Of a stretch of 64,000 nt of DNA, positions 1 to 8,936 are shown piece after piece (the first letter of the stretch is position 1; every line of letters starts with the position of its first letter). The position numbers and the translations under genes are program-made. This DNA comes from a bacterium (lineage in GTDB: Bacteria; Electryoneota; Electryoneia; Electryoneales; Electryoneaceae). Location: NCBI GenBank assembly GCA_020444265.1, contig JAHLLH010000014.1, forward strand, positions 8,339-72,338, given 5' to 3'. The notes under the pieces were generated by a model that was given only the letters and a program-made list of their open reading frames with translations, searched no databases and was not told the DNA's origin.

Positions 1-358
1 AATATTCTTCTCTCATCACTTCGGAGTAAGGTGCATATTTTTCCTGTTGTTCAATTATTATTTCAGCTATATCGGCCATTATCTCGCGAGGGGCAGTACT
101 TAATTGGCTGTATTCATTAAATAATACTATTATTATTAATTTATAAAGAGAATATTCAGCTTCTTCCAATATATCAACAATTCTATTCCTTTCCAATTCA
201 TTAGACGAGTACCTTGCCTCCAATGTATGGTAAAGCACTTCTGGGTACTCAAGCTCAGGATACATGCGTTGGATCTTATTGAACGTAACGGCCATAGCTT
301 TTGCGGTCGAACCGACTGAACCAAGACCGTGCTTAAGTATGAGTTTTCTTAATCCCAT
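1..358 (-). CDS. hypothetical protein, 5' part only (runs off the window); AT-rich, foreign-looking composition
   Basis: My own translation of the minus strand from the ATG at 358 gives MGLRKLILKHGLGSVGSTAKAMAVTFNKIQRMYPELEYPEVLYHTLEARYSSNELERNRIVDILEEAEY... with no stop before position 1. AT-rich codons contrast with the neighbouring GC-rich genes. The start lies 2 nt after the stop of the upstream gene. Confidence 0.4.
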   Translation of the reverse strand, partial: MGLRKLILKHGLGSVGSTAKAMAVTFNKIQRMYPELEYPEVLYHTLEARYSSNELERNRIVDILEEAEYSLYKLIIIVLFNEYSQLSTAPREIMADIAEIIIEQQEKYAPYSEVMREEY

Positions 359-360
359 AT

Positions 361-768
361 TTACCAGGCCGGGGTGGGATGTTTGGTAACGGTATGCGGT
401 TCTTTGCGGAAGGCGAAGACATAGAGCCGTTGCCCGGCCCCCTCGCCCTCGTTGCCATCGGTCCCCATTTCCTGCTGGAAATAGGCGGCAATCCCTTCGG
501 CGGCATCGGAGGACAACGCTTTTCGGTAAATCCAGAGATCCTGCTCCTTCACCACTCTGTGGAGAGTAAAGAGGCTCACAGCGGGGTTGGTGGAGGCCGA
601 CACGAACCAGTCGCCGGGGTCGCCTCCGCCCACCGTGATGTAGGAAAGAATCTCTGCTTCGATGAGGTGTTCATCCTTACCCATGAGCCACCTCGAGTTA
701 AGGGGAATGGGCGTTACAGCAGAAAGATAAGCATTCTTAACAAGCTCTCGCACCAGATACTCGCTCAT
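361..768 (-). CDS. hypothetical protein (135 aa)
   Basis: ORF with GC-rich codon usage and a protein-like composition. I recognise no family. Confidence 0.45.
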   Translation of the reverse strand: MSEYLVRELVKNAYLSAVTPIPLNSRWLMGKDEHLIEAEILSYITVGGGDPGDWFVSASTNPAVSLFTLHRVVKEQDLWIYRKALSSDAAEGIAAYFQQEMGTDGNEGEGAGQRLYVFAFRKEPHTVTKHPTPAW

Positions 769-1335
769 TTTTGGAACTTTCGTGGTTGAGGTCGGAGAAC
801 AGGTGAGAGAATGCGCTCAAACGGAGGCAGGGTCTGGAGTTGAGGGAAGAGGGTTTGGTAAGAGATGGTGACTGGTACACAAAGAGTGGATCGAGGGGAT
901 CTATCGACGTGCGGTTCTCTTGTCAGGTCGTGGATGACAGGTCGGCGACAAAGTGTACCTGTCACCGAACGTGAAAAAGCAAGCAGACACACTGCTTTCT
1001 CGTGACATGAAGAAACCCGGGCAAGCAAGATTGCCCGGGCCAACAGTACTAACCCCTCCAGACGCAAAGAACCCCCGGAGTATGGGGGGGGTTCCTCCGG
1101 GGGCTCGGTCGGACCGCCGAAGCAGTCCGAGACTCGTAATGCTATCGAAAACCAACGGGATTGGCTCCCGTGGTTTGCTCTCTAGCACTAGTATAAGGAG
1201 CCCCAAACTTTTTCGCAATTCCCTTCTATAAAGTTGTGCTCCTGAGAGGAGCTCTCCCCTCTCGCCAGCAGACTCTCGCGATATCAATGGGGCGTATTGA
1301 CTACCAACTGCAAATATGTTACTCTTAGGTCACAT

Positions 1336-2130
1336 ATGAATAAAGCGCAGACCGACATCCTTTGGAAAGCCCTCTCGGACCCGACCCGTAGAGCCCTGCT
1401 TGACCTGTTGCGTGAAGGGCCACGTACCACCGGCGAGCTGTGCGAACCCTTCAGGGTCAGCCGCTTTGCGGTGATGAAGCACCTCACGGTACTGCGTGAC
1501 GCTGGCCTGGTCCTGGTTCGTCCGGAAGGACGCGAGCGTTGGCACTACCTGAACGCTCTGCCGATCCGTGACCTGCTGGACGGCTACATCGACCGTTACA
1601 GTGGCCAGTGGGCAGACCGGATGTTGGGATTGCGTGACGCAGTTGAAGGATTGAGCCGATCCCCCTACCCCCTGGAGGGACCCATGAAAGAACTGCACAT
1701 TGAGCAGGATGTTTTGATCCAGGCTACACCCGAGGAAGTCTTCGACAAGCTGACCGGCGATGTCACCAGCTGGTGGAACCACGGCTTCAGCGAATCGCCT
1801 CACGCGATCAAACTCGAACCGCATGTCGGAGGCCGCTTCTACGAGGAGTTCGGCGGCGAAGGCGATGGAGCGTTGTATTGTACCGTCACCTACGTGGACC
1901 GTCCCCACTCCCTGTCGATGCAGGGCTCGATGGGCATGCGTGAACCGGTCACCGGGTCGATCAAGTTCGAGCTGGAAAAGGAGGGTGATGGTACTCGTCT
2001 CAAACTCTCCCACCATGCCTTCGGTCTGATTGACGACGAGAAAGAAGCCAACTATACCGTCGGCTGGAAGGTACTGCTGGGGGAACGGCTGAAACGTCTC
2101 GTCGAGACGGGGAACGCCGAGGAGAACTGA
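1336..2130 (+). CDS. ArsR/SmtB-family HTH transcriptional regulator fused to an SRPBCC (AHSA1-like) domain
   Basis: N-terminus LSDPTRRALLDLLREGPRTTGELCEPFRVSRFAVMKHLTVLRDAGLV is a winged-HTH ArsR motif. C-terminal half has the SRPBCC/Aha1 pattern (WWNHGFSESP...). I take the internal M (MNKAQTDILW) at 1336 as the start. Confidence 0.8.
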   Translation: MNKAQTDILWKALSDPTRRALLDLLREGPRTTGELCEPFRVSRFAVMKHLTVLRDAGLVLVRPEGRERWHYLNALPIRDLLDGYIDRYSGQWADRMLGLRDAVEGLSRSPYPLEGPMKELHIEQDVLIQATPEEVFDKLTGDVTSWWNHGFSESPHAIKLEPHVGGRFYEEFGGEGDGALYCTVTYVDRPHSLSMQGSMGMREPVTGSIKFELEKEGDGTRLKLSHHAFGLIDDEKEANYTVGWKVLLGERLKRLVETGNAEEN

Positions 2131-2194
2131 CGCGTCCCTTTTTTCCAAGAGGCAGCGATACCTCTCCTCGTACACTCTCGAGATACGTTTGCAT

Positions 2195-2242
2195 CCCAGA
2201 CAGTTTAAATCCCGCCGGGAGGCGGGATTTAAACTGTCTGGG
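2195..2242. terminator. perfect 22-bp-arm palindrome (CCCAGACAGTTTAAATCCCGCC GGGA GGCGGGATTTAAACTGTCTGGG); likely a terminator or REP-like hairpin
   Basis: Read directly from the sequence. It sits between the ArsR-SRPBCC gene and the SRPBCC paralog. Confidence 0.6.
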
Positions 2243-2277
2243 AGAACTTGCAGGGGAACCAGATACAGGGAGATGCA

Positions 2278-2835
2278 ATGAATCGACTGCTCTTGTTGTT
2301 GATCGCCGGATGGTTGACGCTACCGACGCCATCATCCGCCGAGGTGAAAAAATTGCCAACCGACCAACTCGGTGCCTGGGTGTTGACCAACGAGGTGATG
2401 GTGCCCGGCACCCCGGAAGCGGCCTACGATGCCTTCACCGGCGACATCTCCCCATGGTGGGACCACAGTTTTTCCGGCGATCCGGCAGCCTTTTACATCG
2501 ATGCCCGTCCCGGTGGCGGGTTCTACGAGTGGTTCGACGAGGATTCGCAGGATGGTGTGTTGCACGCCACCGTCATCACCGCTATGCGTGGCAAGCTGCT
2601 CCGTCTCGATGGCCCCCTTGGCCTGTCGGGCCGTGCGTTGAACTTTGTCACCACCCTCGCCTTCGAAGCAGTGGAGGACAGTACCCGTCTCACGGCTGTC
2701 GTCCACTGCTCCGGCGAGATCGACTCCAGCCTCGCCTCGATTGTCGATGGTGTCTGGTACCATTTCATCGGCGAGCGGTTTAAACCGTGGTACGAAGATG
2801 GCGCGCAAGGCAAGAAGGAAATGCCTTTGCAATAA
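2278..2835 (+). CDS. secreted SRPBCC/AHSA1-domain protein (paralog of the C-terminal domain of the upstream gene)
   Basis: Signal peptide MNRLLLLLIAGWLTLPTPSSA. WWDHSFSGDP and the rest of the pattern parallel the C-terminus of the 1336..2130 protein. Confidence 0.7.
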   Translation: MNRLLLLLIAGWLTLPTPSSAEVKKLPTDQLGAWVLTNEVMVPGTPEAAYDAFTGDISPWWDHSFSGDPAAFYIDARPGGGFYEWFDEDSQDGVLHATVITAMRGKLLRLDGPLGLSGRALNFVTTLAFEAVEDSTRLTAVVHCSGEIDSSLASIVDGVWYHFIGERFKPWYEDGAQGKKEMPLQ

Positions 2836-2853
2836 GAGGATATTGATGGGTTG

Positions 2854-2905
2854 CGGCAGGTCTCCCGACCTGCCGTATCCTCTGTCAGGTCGGGAGACCT
2901 GCCAG
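2854..2905. repeat. hairpin repeat, family D (GCAGGTCTCCCGACCTGCC ... GTCAGGTCGGGAGACCTGCC); related copies at about 44528-44585 and 49500-49555
   Basis: Inverted repeat seen in the sequence. The same motif recurs in two other intergenic regions. Confidence 0.5.
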
Positions 2906-2980
2906 AACAACCTTGTCCCAACAACAAAAACCCCGGCATTGAATTGCCGGGGCCAGTAGAATCGTAAAGTAGGTTGCCGT

Positions 2981-4117
2981 CTACCCAAGCAGCGCGAGGA
3001 ACACCCCTGCTGCAACCGCCGACCCGATGACACCCGCCACATTCGGCCCCATCGCCGCCATCAAAGGGTTCACCTTGCCATCCGTCTCGCTCGAGACAAA
3101 ATTCTGCACGACACGAGCCGCCATCGGCACCGCCGAAACACCTGCTGCCCCGATACAGGGGTTGATCTTCTTCTCTTTCGGCAACAACAGGTTGATCAGC
3201 TTCGCGAAAATCACACCACCAGCCGTCGAGAACCCGAAGGCCACCACACCGAGCACGAGGATTTTAATCGTCTCGACTCGCAGGAAGTTCTCCGCGCCCA
3301 TGGTCGCACCGATGGTGATGCCGAGGAAGATGGTGACAATGTCAATCAGCGCGCCTCCGGCGGTCTTCTTCAAGCGGTCGGTGACCCCACTTTCACGCAG
3401 CATGTTGCCGAACATCAGCATGCCCAACAGCGGAGCGCTGGCGGGGATACCGAGGATGGCGACAATACCGGTCACCACCGGGAAAATGATCACCGCAGTC
3501 CGTGATACCGGCTTCGCCTGCGGCATGTCGATCTGACGTTCCTTCTTCGTGGTCAGCAGACGAATAATCGGCGGCTGTATCACCGGAACGAGGGCCATGT
3601 AGCTGTAGGCCGCTACCGCAATCGCACCCAAAAGGTGCGGCGCGAGCTTGATCGCGAGGAAAATCGAGGTCGGACCATCGGCACCGCCGATGATGCCAAT
3701 CGCCGCCGATTCCTGCAGGGTGAAGCCCATCAGGTAGAAGGCGCCGAGTGCCGTCATGAAAATGCCGAGCTGCGCCGCCGCACCCAGAAGGAAGGTGAAG
3801 GGACGGCTCAACAGCGGACGGAAATCAGTCAGTACCCCGACACCCATAAAAATGATGGGCGGCAGCAATTCGGTCTTGATCCCGTTCTCGTAAATGGTTT
3901 GCAGCAACCCATGCTCTACCTCCATCCCCGCCATCATGTAGGAGAGGGGGAGGTTGGCGAGGATCGCGCCAAACCCGATCGGGATCAGCAGCAACGGTTC
4001 GAAATTTTTCTTGATCGCGAGGTAGATGAGCACCCCGCCGATCAGAATCATCACGAAGTTGCCGACCGACAAGTGGGCAAACCCGGAGGCCTGAATCAGT
4101 TGATTGAAAGTCGTCAT
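2981..4117 (-). CDS. oadB: sodium-ion-translocating decarboxylase beta subunit (oxaloacetate decarboxylase OadB)
   Basis: Polytopic membrane protein with the conserved blocks GIIGGADGPT, AVAAYSYMALVP, NPCIGAAGVSAVPMAARV and AMGPNVAGVIGSAVAAG typical of OadB/MmdB. Confidence 0.9.
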   Translation of the reverse strand: MTTFNQLIQASGFAHLSVGNFVMILIGGVLIYLAIKKNFEPLLLIPIGFGAILANLPLSYMMAGMEVEHGLLQTIYENGIKTELLPPIIFMGVGVLTDFRPLLSRPFTFLLGAAAQLGIFMTALGAFYLMGFTLQESAAIGIIGGADGPTSIFLAIKLAPHLLGAIAVAAYSYMALVPVIQPPIIRLLTTKKERQIDMPQAKPVSRTAVIIFPVVTGIVAILGIPASAPLLGMLMFGNMLRESGVTDRLKKTAGGALIDIVTIFLGITIGATMGAENFLRVETIKILVLGVVAFGFSTAGGVIFAKLINLLLPKEKKINPCIGAAGVSAVPMAARVVQNFVSSETDGKVNPLMAAMGPNVAGVIGSAVAAGVFLALLG

Positions 4118-4121
4118 CGGC

Positions 4122-5978
4122 TTAGCTCGGCTGAATGGTCATGATCGGCTTGGTCTTGCTCACATCATCGCCGATGTTGACATGCACCTCCTGGACCGTG
4201 CCAGCGACCGGAGCCTTCACCGCGTGGTTCGCTTTCATCGCCTCAACTTCGGCAACCTTCTGGCCTGCGGTCACCGTATCCCCCGCCTTGACAAAGAGAT
4301 CGACCACAGGTGAATCACCATCAAACGGGCTCATCACCTTTATACCGCCCGCCGCCGGAGCAGCAGTCGCTGCGGGCAGGGCTGCAGCAGGAGCGGCACC
4401 ACCACCGGGCATTTCGATGGTGACATTGAAGTTCCGTTCGACACCGTTCTCAACCACCTTGATATTGCTGACCACCGGACCGGCGGGCATCGCCGGGGCA
4501 CCGGCTGCGGGTGCTGCCGCAGGTGCGGCGGCCGGGGCCGGTTCTTCTTTCTTCTTCAACGGCAGGTCGATTTTCGGCTTGCCTGACAGCAGACGGATAC
4601 CCTCGTTCAGTTCCATCTTCTTGCCGGGAACCATTGCCGCAGCTACGAGGAAGACCGACTTCTCATCGGTGGGCAGGCCACGTTCCTCGAGCGCCTTCTT
4701 CGCTTCGGGCAGCACATCCGGCGCCTTCTCGAGCGGGTCGGTGTCAAGCACTGGCAGGTCGAGCTGTTCGCTGGCGATCTTTACGACTTCCGGGTCGCTG
4801 GGCAACGGAGTCTGGCCGAAGTAGCCGAGGACCGATTTGCCATACCCTGGATCGATTTTTTTCCAACGGCCGTAGAGCACATTGTTGAAGGCTTGCAGCC
4901 AATACTGCTGGCTACCCGGGGTAACCGAGGTCCAGGCACCGCCTGCTTCGACCACCACCGGGAATTCTTCGAGGACTTCGCTGTAACGGTCCAGGATCCC
5001 AGCCTTGACCATCATGTGGACATTCGGCCCAATCGCGCCGCCCGGCATCGGGAAGCCAACCACTCGTGCATCGGCGCTGGTCACCACGGGATTGAAGACA
5101 TAGTCGCTCAGCCCCTTGGTCAGAATATCCTCGATTTCACCCATCTTGCCAGCATCAACATCCAGCGAATAGCCGGTCCCCTTAAGCGCGTGCGCCATGG
5201 AACGGACATCCGGCTGGACGGTCCCGCTGGCGAGCGGACGGACCGACAGGTCAACGCCATCGGCGCCGCCTTCGATCGCGGCCATGTAGCAGGCGACTGC
5301 GGTTGATGCCGTGTCATGGGTATGTGCCCAGAGCGGTACTTCCGGCGGCAGGATCTTGCGAATTCCCTTGGCAGTTTCGTAGACCACCTGCGGCGGGGTG
5401 GTGCCGGAAGCATCCTTCATGCAGAGGCTGTCGAAATGGACGCCACTGTCGATGATCTTCTGCGCAATGTTGATGTAAAATTCCGGGGTGTGCGCCTTGG
5501 TCGAGATGAAGGGCAGCCCCATAAAGGCGACACAGACCTGGTGATGCATCCCGGCATCGACAATCGGCTGGCCGGTTTTCATCAGCAGGTTGACATCGTT
5601 CATAAAGTCAAAGTTGCGGTCCCAGGTGGTCCCATACTGTTTGTGCAACTTCGCCTGCAGCGAGAGCGCCTTGATGTTCTGGCCGGTCAGGGTGACGCCG
5701 GAGATGGAACGGGTCAAAATCTGCAGATCAGCTTCCGGGCCGACGACATCCCGCATCTTCTGCATCGTCTCAAAAGGATCTTCGCCGACATAGAAGTAGG
5801 GTGCCTGGTAACGGGCCCCGCCACCAAATTCGAAGTGCTTGATCCCGGCGGCGGCGGACGCCTCCATGGCCGGCTTGATGTCCTCGAAGCGGGTCTTGCC
5901 GCCGAACATCGACTGTAGACCGTCACGGAACGGCGTGAACATCACTCGAATCGTCTTGGGCTTCTCTGCGTAAATCAT
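4122..5978 (-). CDS. oadA: oxaloacetate decarboxylase alpha subunit (carboxyltransferase plus C-terminal biotinyl domain)
   Basis: Pyruvate-carboxylase-like 5S TIM-barrel N-terminus (HTHDTASTAVA... / MKDASG), then an Ala/Pro-rich linker, then a biotinyl domain (EAMKA.H). Confidence 0.9.
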   Translation of the reverse strand: MIYAEKPKTIRVMFTPFRDGLQSMFGGKTRFEDIKPAMEASAAAGIKHFEFGGGARYQAPYFYVGEDPFETMQKMRDVVGPEADLQILTRSISGVTLTGQNIKALSLQAKLHKQYGTTWDRNFDFMNDVNLLMKTGQPIVDAGMHHQVCVAFMGLPFISTKAHTPEFYINIAQKIIDSGVHFDSLCMKDASGTTPPQVVYETAKGIRKILPPEVPLWAHTHDTASTAVACYMAAIEGGADGVDLSVRPLASGTVQPDVRSMAHALKGTGYSLDVDAGKMGEIEDILTKGLSDYVFNPVVTSADARVVGFPMPGGAIGPNVHMMVKAGILDRYSEVLEEFPVVVEAGGAWTSVTPGSQQYWLQAFNNVLYGRWKKIDPGYGKSVLGYFGQTPLPSDPEVVKIASEQLDLPVLDTDPLEKAPDVLPEAKKALEERGLPTDEKSVFLVAAAMVPGKKMELNEGIRLLSGKPKIDLPLKKKEEPAPAAAPAAAPAAGAPAMPAGPVVSNIKVVENGVERNFNVTIEMPGGGAAPAAALPAATAAPAAGGIKVMSPFDGDSPVVDLFVKAGDTVTAGQKVAEVEAMKANHAVKAPVAGTVQEVHVNIGDDVSKTKPIMTIQPS

Positions 5979-6187
5979 TGTTTCTCCTCAATACGAGTCA
6001 CCTGGGCGCCCGGAAAATGATGGTTCACCGCGGCATCGATGGCCGCGACAACAATAGCATCCACACTGTGTTTCGCAACAGGAAACAGGCGGGTGATCAA
6101 TTGCATGACAAAGGCTAACAGGGTCAGAAGTGCGAAGACGGAGATGAAGGCAGTAGCACAAATCGTCGCCAAATCAAGCTGGGGCAT
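5975..6187 (-). CDS. oadG: oxaloacetate decarboxylase gamma subunit (small membrane anchor)
   Basis: 70-aa protein with one N-terminal transmembrane helix. Its start overlaps the oadA start codon region, and it sits first in the oadGAB order. Confidence 0.6.
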   Translation of the reverse strand: MPQLDLATICATAFISVFALLTLLAFVMQLITRLFPVAKHSVDAIVVAAIDAAVNHHFPGAQVTRIEEKQ

Positions 6188-6479
6188 CAGGTTGCCCTCC
6201 TCCTGGGTTGATGGTTTCAGCCCGGATCAATTATAGGGTGAAGAATACAGACTTTTTCCAGCCCTTTTCAACACGCAGGAGTGCCTAACTTGCACTTTTT
6301 TGAACAAAGTCTGTGTCCCGTCTCCCCGGGCACGGACGGCCTTTCACAAGACGACTAATATAATAAACCAATTGGAATTAGCGAGAGACGAGAGGGAGAT
6401 GTTTCGGGATTATAGTTGGGGAGCGGCGTGCCATGATTTGCCGATCGGGTGGCCCAACTTGCGAGCAAGTCGCGTAGAT

Positions 6480-6690
6480 TCATTCAGGCCGGATAGAAGT
6501 GGCTTGGGTGCCCCGTCACCCAAGCATGCCCATCAGCACGGTACTGCATCGCCCATGGGCTACTGCTGGTGAACAAACAGGATCGGGCCAGAGTGTAGCA
6601 CGGGCATCCTGCCCGTGCATCGCGCCAAGGCGCGACGGGGTTGTATCTTTCTTCGGTAAAAGAAACCCGGCATGGACAATTTGGACACTT
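6480..6690. repeat. composite intergenic repeat region that shares a core (CTACTGCTGGTGRACAAACAGRAT...) with 9840-10030
   Basis: Similar segments are present upstream of the alkylation-repair gene and downstream of maeB. This is also why the 6499 ORF start in the track is spurious. Confidence 0.4.
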
Positions 6691-6693
6691 CTG

Positions 6694-7785
6694 ATGGAAA
6701 CCCTGCTCAAAGACCGTTTTTTCAACCCGACCAGCCTGGCAACGTTTGCCGGTGAGATCGGGAAGCACTGTTCCGAGTTTGACCCGGAAACCTTTGTGGC
6801 GGCTGTCCAGTCCGGCGACTGGAAGGATCTCGAGCTGAAGCAACGGATGCGTCGCACGACCGAGGTGCTACACCGTACCCTGGACCGTCCCTATGCGGAG
6901 GCCTTGCCCATCCTGATGGACGCAGCGCCGGAGATTACCGGCTTCGAGGCGATGGTGCTGCCGGACTATGTCGAGGTCTACGGGCTCGAGGATTGGGACC
7001 GTTCCCTGCCCGCGCTGAAACACTTCACACGCTACTCCTCCTCCGAATTCGCCATCCGTCCCTACCTGAACGCCGATTTAGACCGTGCGATGGGGTTGAT
7101 GCGGGAGTGCGCGGGGGATGAGCATGAGAATGTGCGACGATTTGCCAGTGAGGGGTGCCGTCCGAGGTTGCCCTGGGCGGCGGCGGTGCCTGAGCTGAAA
7201 CGCGACCCCTCCCCCATCCTGCCCATCCTGGAGAGGTTGAAAGATGACCCATCAGAGTTTGTGCGGCGGTCCGTCGCCAACAACCTGAACGACATCTCGA
7301 AGGATTTCCCGGAACTGGTCCTTGAGATCGCCGGACGGTGGCACGGCACCTCGACCAACACCGACAAGCTACTCAAGCACGCGCTCCGTACCCTGCTGAA
7401 ACAGGGCAACACCACCGCCCTCGCCTTTTTCGGCACCGCCGACACAACCGGCCTGAGCATTGAGAACTATTCCCTCGGCACCGACCGCATCCAGATCGGT
7501 GGCGACGGCCGTTTGTCCTTCGAGCTAATCGTGGAGGGATCCAACCCGAAACAAGTGCGCCTCGAGTACGCGGTCTACTATGTCAAGGCCAACGGCGGCA
7601 CCTACAAAAAGGTCTTCAAGATCGCCGAAAAAGAATTCCCCCAAGGCCGTCACGAAATCACCCGCAAGTACCACTTCCAAAACCTCACCACCCGCAAGCA
7701 TTACCCCGGCGAGCATGTGATCGCCGTGCATGTGAATGGGGTGGAGATGGGGAGACGTAACCTGGTGTTGTTAGCTACTAAATAG
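6694..7785 (+). CDS. DNA alkylation repair enzyme (AlkD/AlkC-like HEAT-repeat protein) with a C-terminal extension
   Basis: METLLKDRFFNPTSLATFAGEI...FAIRPYLNADLDRAMGLMRECAGDEHENVRRFASEGCRPRLPWAAAVPELKRDPSPILPILERLKDDPSEFVRRSVANNLNDISKDFPELVLEIAGRW... matches the DNA_alkylation family pattern. I take the internal M at 6694 as the start. Confidence 0.7.
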   Translation: METLLKDRFFNPTSLATFAGEIGKHCSEFDPETFVAAVQSGDWKDLELKQRMRRTTEVLHRTLDRPYAEALPILMDAAPEITGFEAMVLPDYVEVYGLEDWDRSLPALKHFTRYSSSEFAIRPYLNADLDRAMGLMRECAGDEHENVRRFASEGCRPRLPWAAAVPELKRDPSPILPILERLKDDPSEFVRRSVANNLNDISKDFPELVLEIAGRWHGTSTNTDKLLKHALRTLLKQGNTTALAFFGTADTTGLSIENYSLGTDRIQIGGDGRLSFELIVEGSNPKQVRLEYAVYYVKANGGTYKKVFKIAEKEFPQGRHEITRKYHFQNLTTRKHYPGEHVIAVHVNGVEMGRRNLVLLATK

Positions 7786-7846
7786 CAGCTAACTTTTCGG
7801 TTATTATGGAGATAAAATACATACTTTTTGACTACTATTTACAGTA

Positions 7847-8389
7847 TCACCTTCTGGCTGATTCTCTAAGTTTATTTATGGCTTTCGATGACCCATCAAG
7901 TGAAAACCTAAAATACACACTGCCTTGACCATATATTTTTATCTCAATCAAACAAGTATTATACTTTCCTATCTTGCTGATAACACTGCTATCAGTCACA
8001 AAGTGAAGAAACTTAGATCCATAATCATGCGTCATTTGTACTTCTTCTATTTTGTCATCCCATTTTATTCTTGTTTTTATAAGTTCATAAGCCGCCATCG
8101 CTTTAGCATCTTCAAGATTTGGATCACTGGTAAGACCAATATATACCCATTCGTTATTTCCATCTGTTCCAATTCCGAGCCATGATTGTAGATCATTGTA
8201 TGGAAAGTCGAGTTTACGAGTTGGTTTGATTTCATCTGATGATAAGTACCATGTTGCAACATTTGTCATTTCATCTACAGATGAAGATGTATTCCAACCG
8301 GCCATAGCTGTATTCATACTTAATACTATCACTACAACGACAGAAAACACAAATCTATCTATACTCATAATACCTCCAACAGTAATCAA
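7847..8389 (-). CDS. hypothetical secreted protein on an AT-rich islet
   Basis: Signal-peptide-like N-terminus (VFSVVVVIVLSMNTAMA). The 7790-8500 region is markedly AT-rich compared with its surroundings. Confidence 0.5.
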   Translation of the reverse strand: MITVGGIMSIDRFVFSVVVVIVLSMNTAMAGWNTSSSVDEMTNVATWYLSSDEIKPTRKLDFPYNDLQSWLGIGTDGNNEWVYIGLTSDPNLEDAKAMAAYELIKTRIKWDDKIEEVQMTHDYGSKFLHFVTDSSVISKIGKYNTCLIEIKIYGQGSVYFRFSLDGSSKAINKLRESARR

Positions 8390-8461
8390 ATACTCAATCC
8401 TATCGTATCTGTCATTTCAACATCTCTTCCCCATCAATATCCGCATCCCTCAGAATCGACT

Positions 8462-8632
8462 TCAGAACCTTGGGTGCAGAATTTTTCCCGCATGAAATGG
8501 GACAGTCACGCGTTGGCCAGCTTCATTTTTCAGAATGAGATGGCTACCACTTGATCGCACTTGAGCAAATCCACGCTTCTCGAGGATGTGCAGGATTTCG
8601 CGGGCAGTGATACGTGGCAGTTTCGGACTCAC
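8462..8632 (-). CDS. hicA: HicA-family mRNA interferase toxin, apparently truncated by a 1-nt frameshift (56 aa; the conserved C-terminus lies in another frame up to about 8412)
   Basis: My own translation from GTG: VSPKLPRITAREILHILEKRGFAQVRSSGSHLILKNEAGQRVTVPFHAGKILHPRF*. A frame shifted by one nucleotide continues as KVLKSILRDADIDGEEMLK*, which is the normal HicA C-terminus. The GTG overlaps the hicB stop. Confidence 0.6.
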   Translation of the reverse strand: MSPKLPRITAREILHILEKRGFAQVRSSGSHLILKNEAGQRVTVPFHAGKILHPRF

Positions 8633-8853
8633 ACCGCCACCTCAAGTGTAGTCAGGCTGAGGGATTCCATCTTGGGAATGGGTTCGCCCGCCTCCAGACG
8701 ATCTTCAAGGTGCAGACGGATGGCATCCTTCAGGTTTGCGACAACTTCCTCATAGGAATCGCCCTGTGTGTAGCAACCGTCCAGTTCGGGCACTCGTGCA
8801 AACCAGCCGTCCTCGTCTTTCTCGATGACAGCAGTGAATTTATAGTCAGCCAT
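8629..8853 (-). CDS. hicB: HicB-family antitoxin (UPF0150)
   Basis: MADYKFTAVIEKDEDGWFARVPELDGCYTQGDSYEEVVANLKDAIRLHLEDRLEAGEPIP is the classic HicB N-terminal fold. The listed ORF extends to 8907, but the internal M at 8853 is the likelier start. Confidence 0.7.
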   Translation of the reverse strand: MADYKFTAVIEKDEDGWFARVPELDGCYTQGDSYEEVVANLKDAIRLHLEDRLEAGEPIPKMESLSLTTLEVAV

Positions 8854-8936
8854 TAATCCTCCGAGGGTAACGTCATACAAGATGGCCATGATTTCTGGCT
8901 GAATCAATTGTGATCAATGTTTTCCCGCACGTATGA

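Noticed and set aside
1330-2175. 281-aa minus-strand ORF, and similar ORFs at 2332..3042 and 2523..2939
   Set aside because: Antisense to the ArsR-SRPBCC and SRPBCC genes, which have clear domain signatures.
6499-6693. N-terminal 65 codons of the listed 6499..7785 ORF
   Set aside because: This part lies within a repeat element shared with 9840-10030. The conserved alkylation-repair domain starts at the internal Met (6694).
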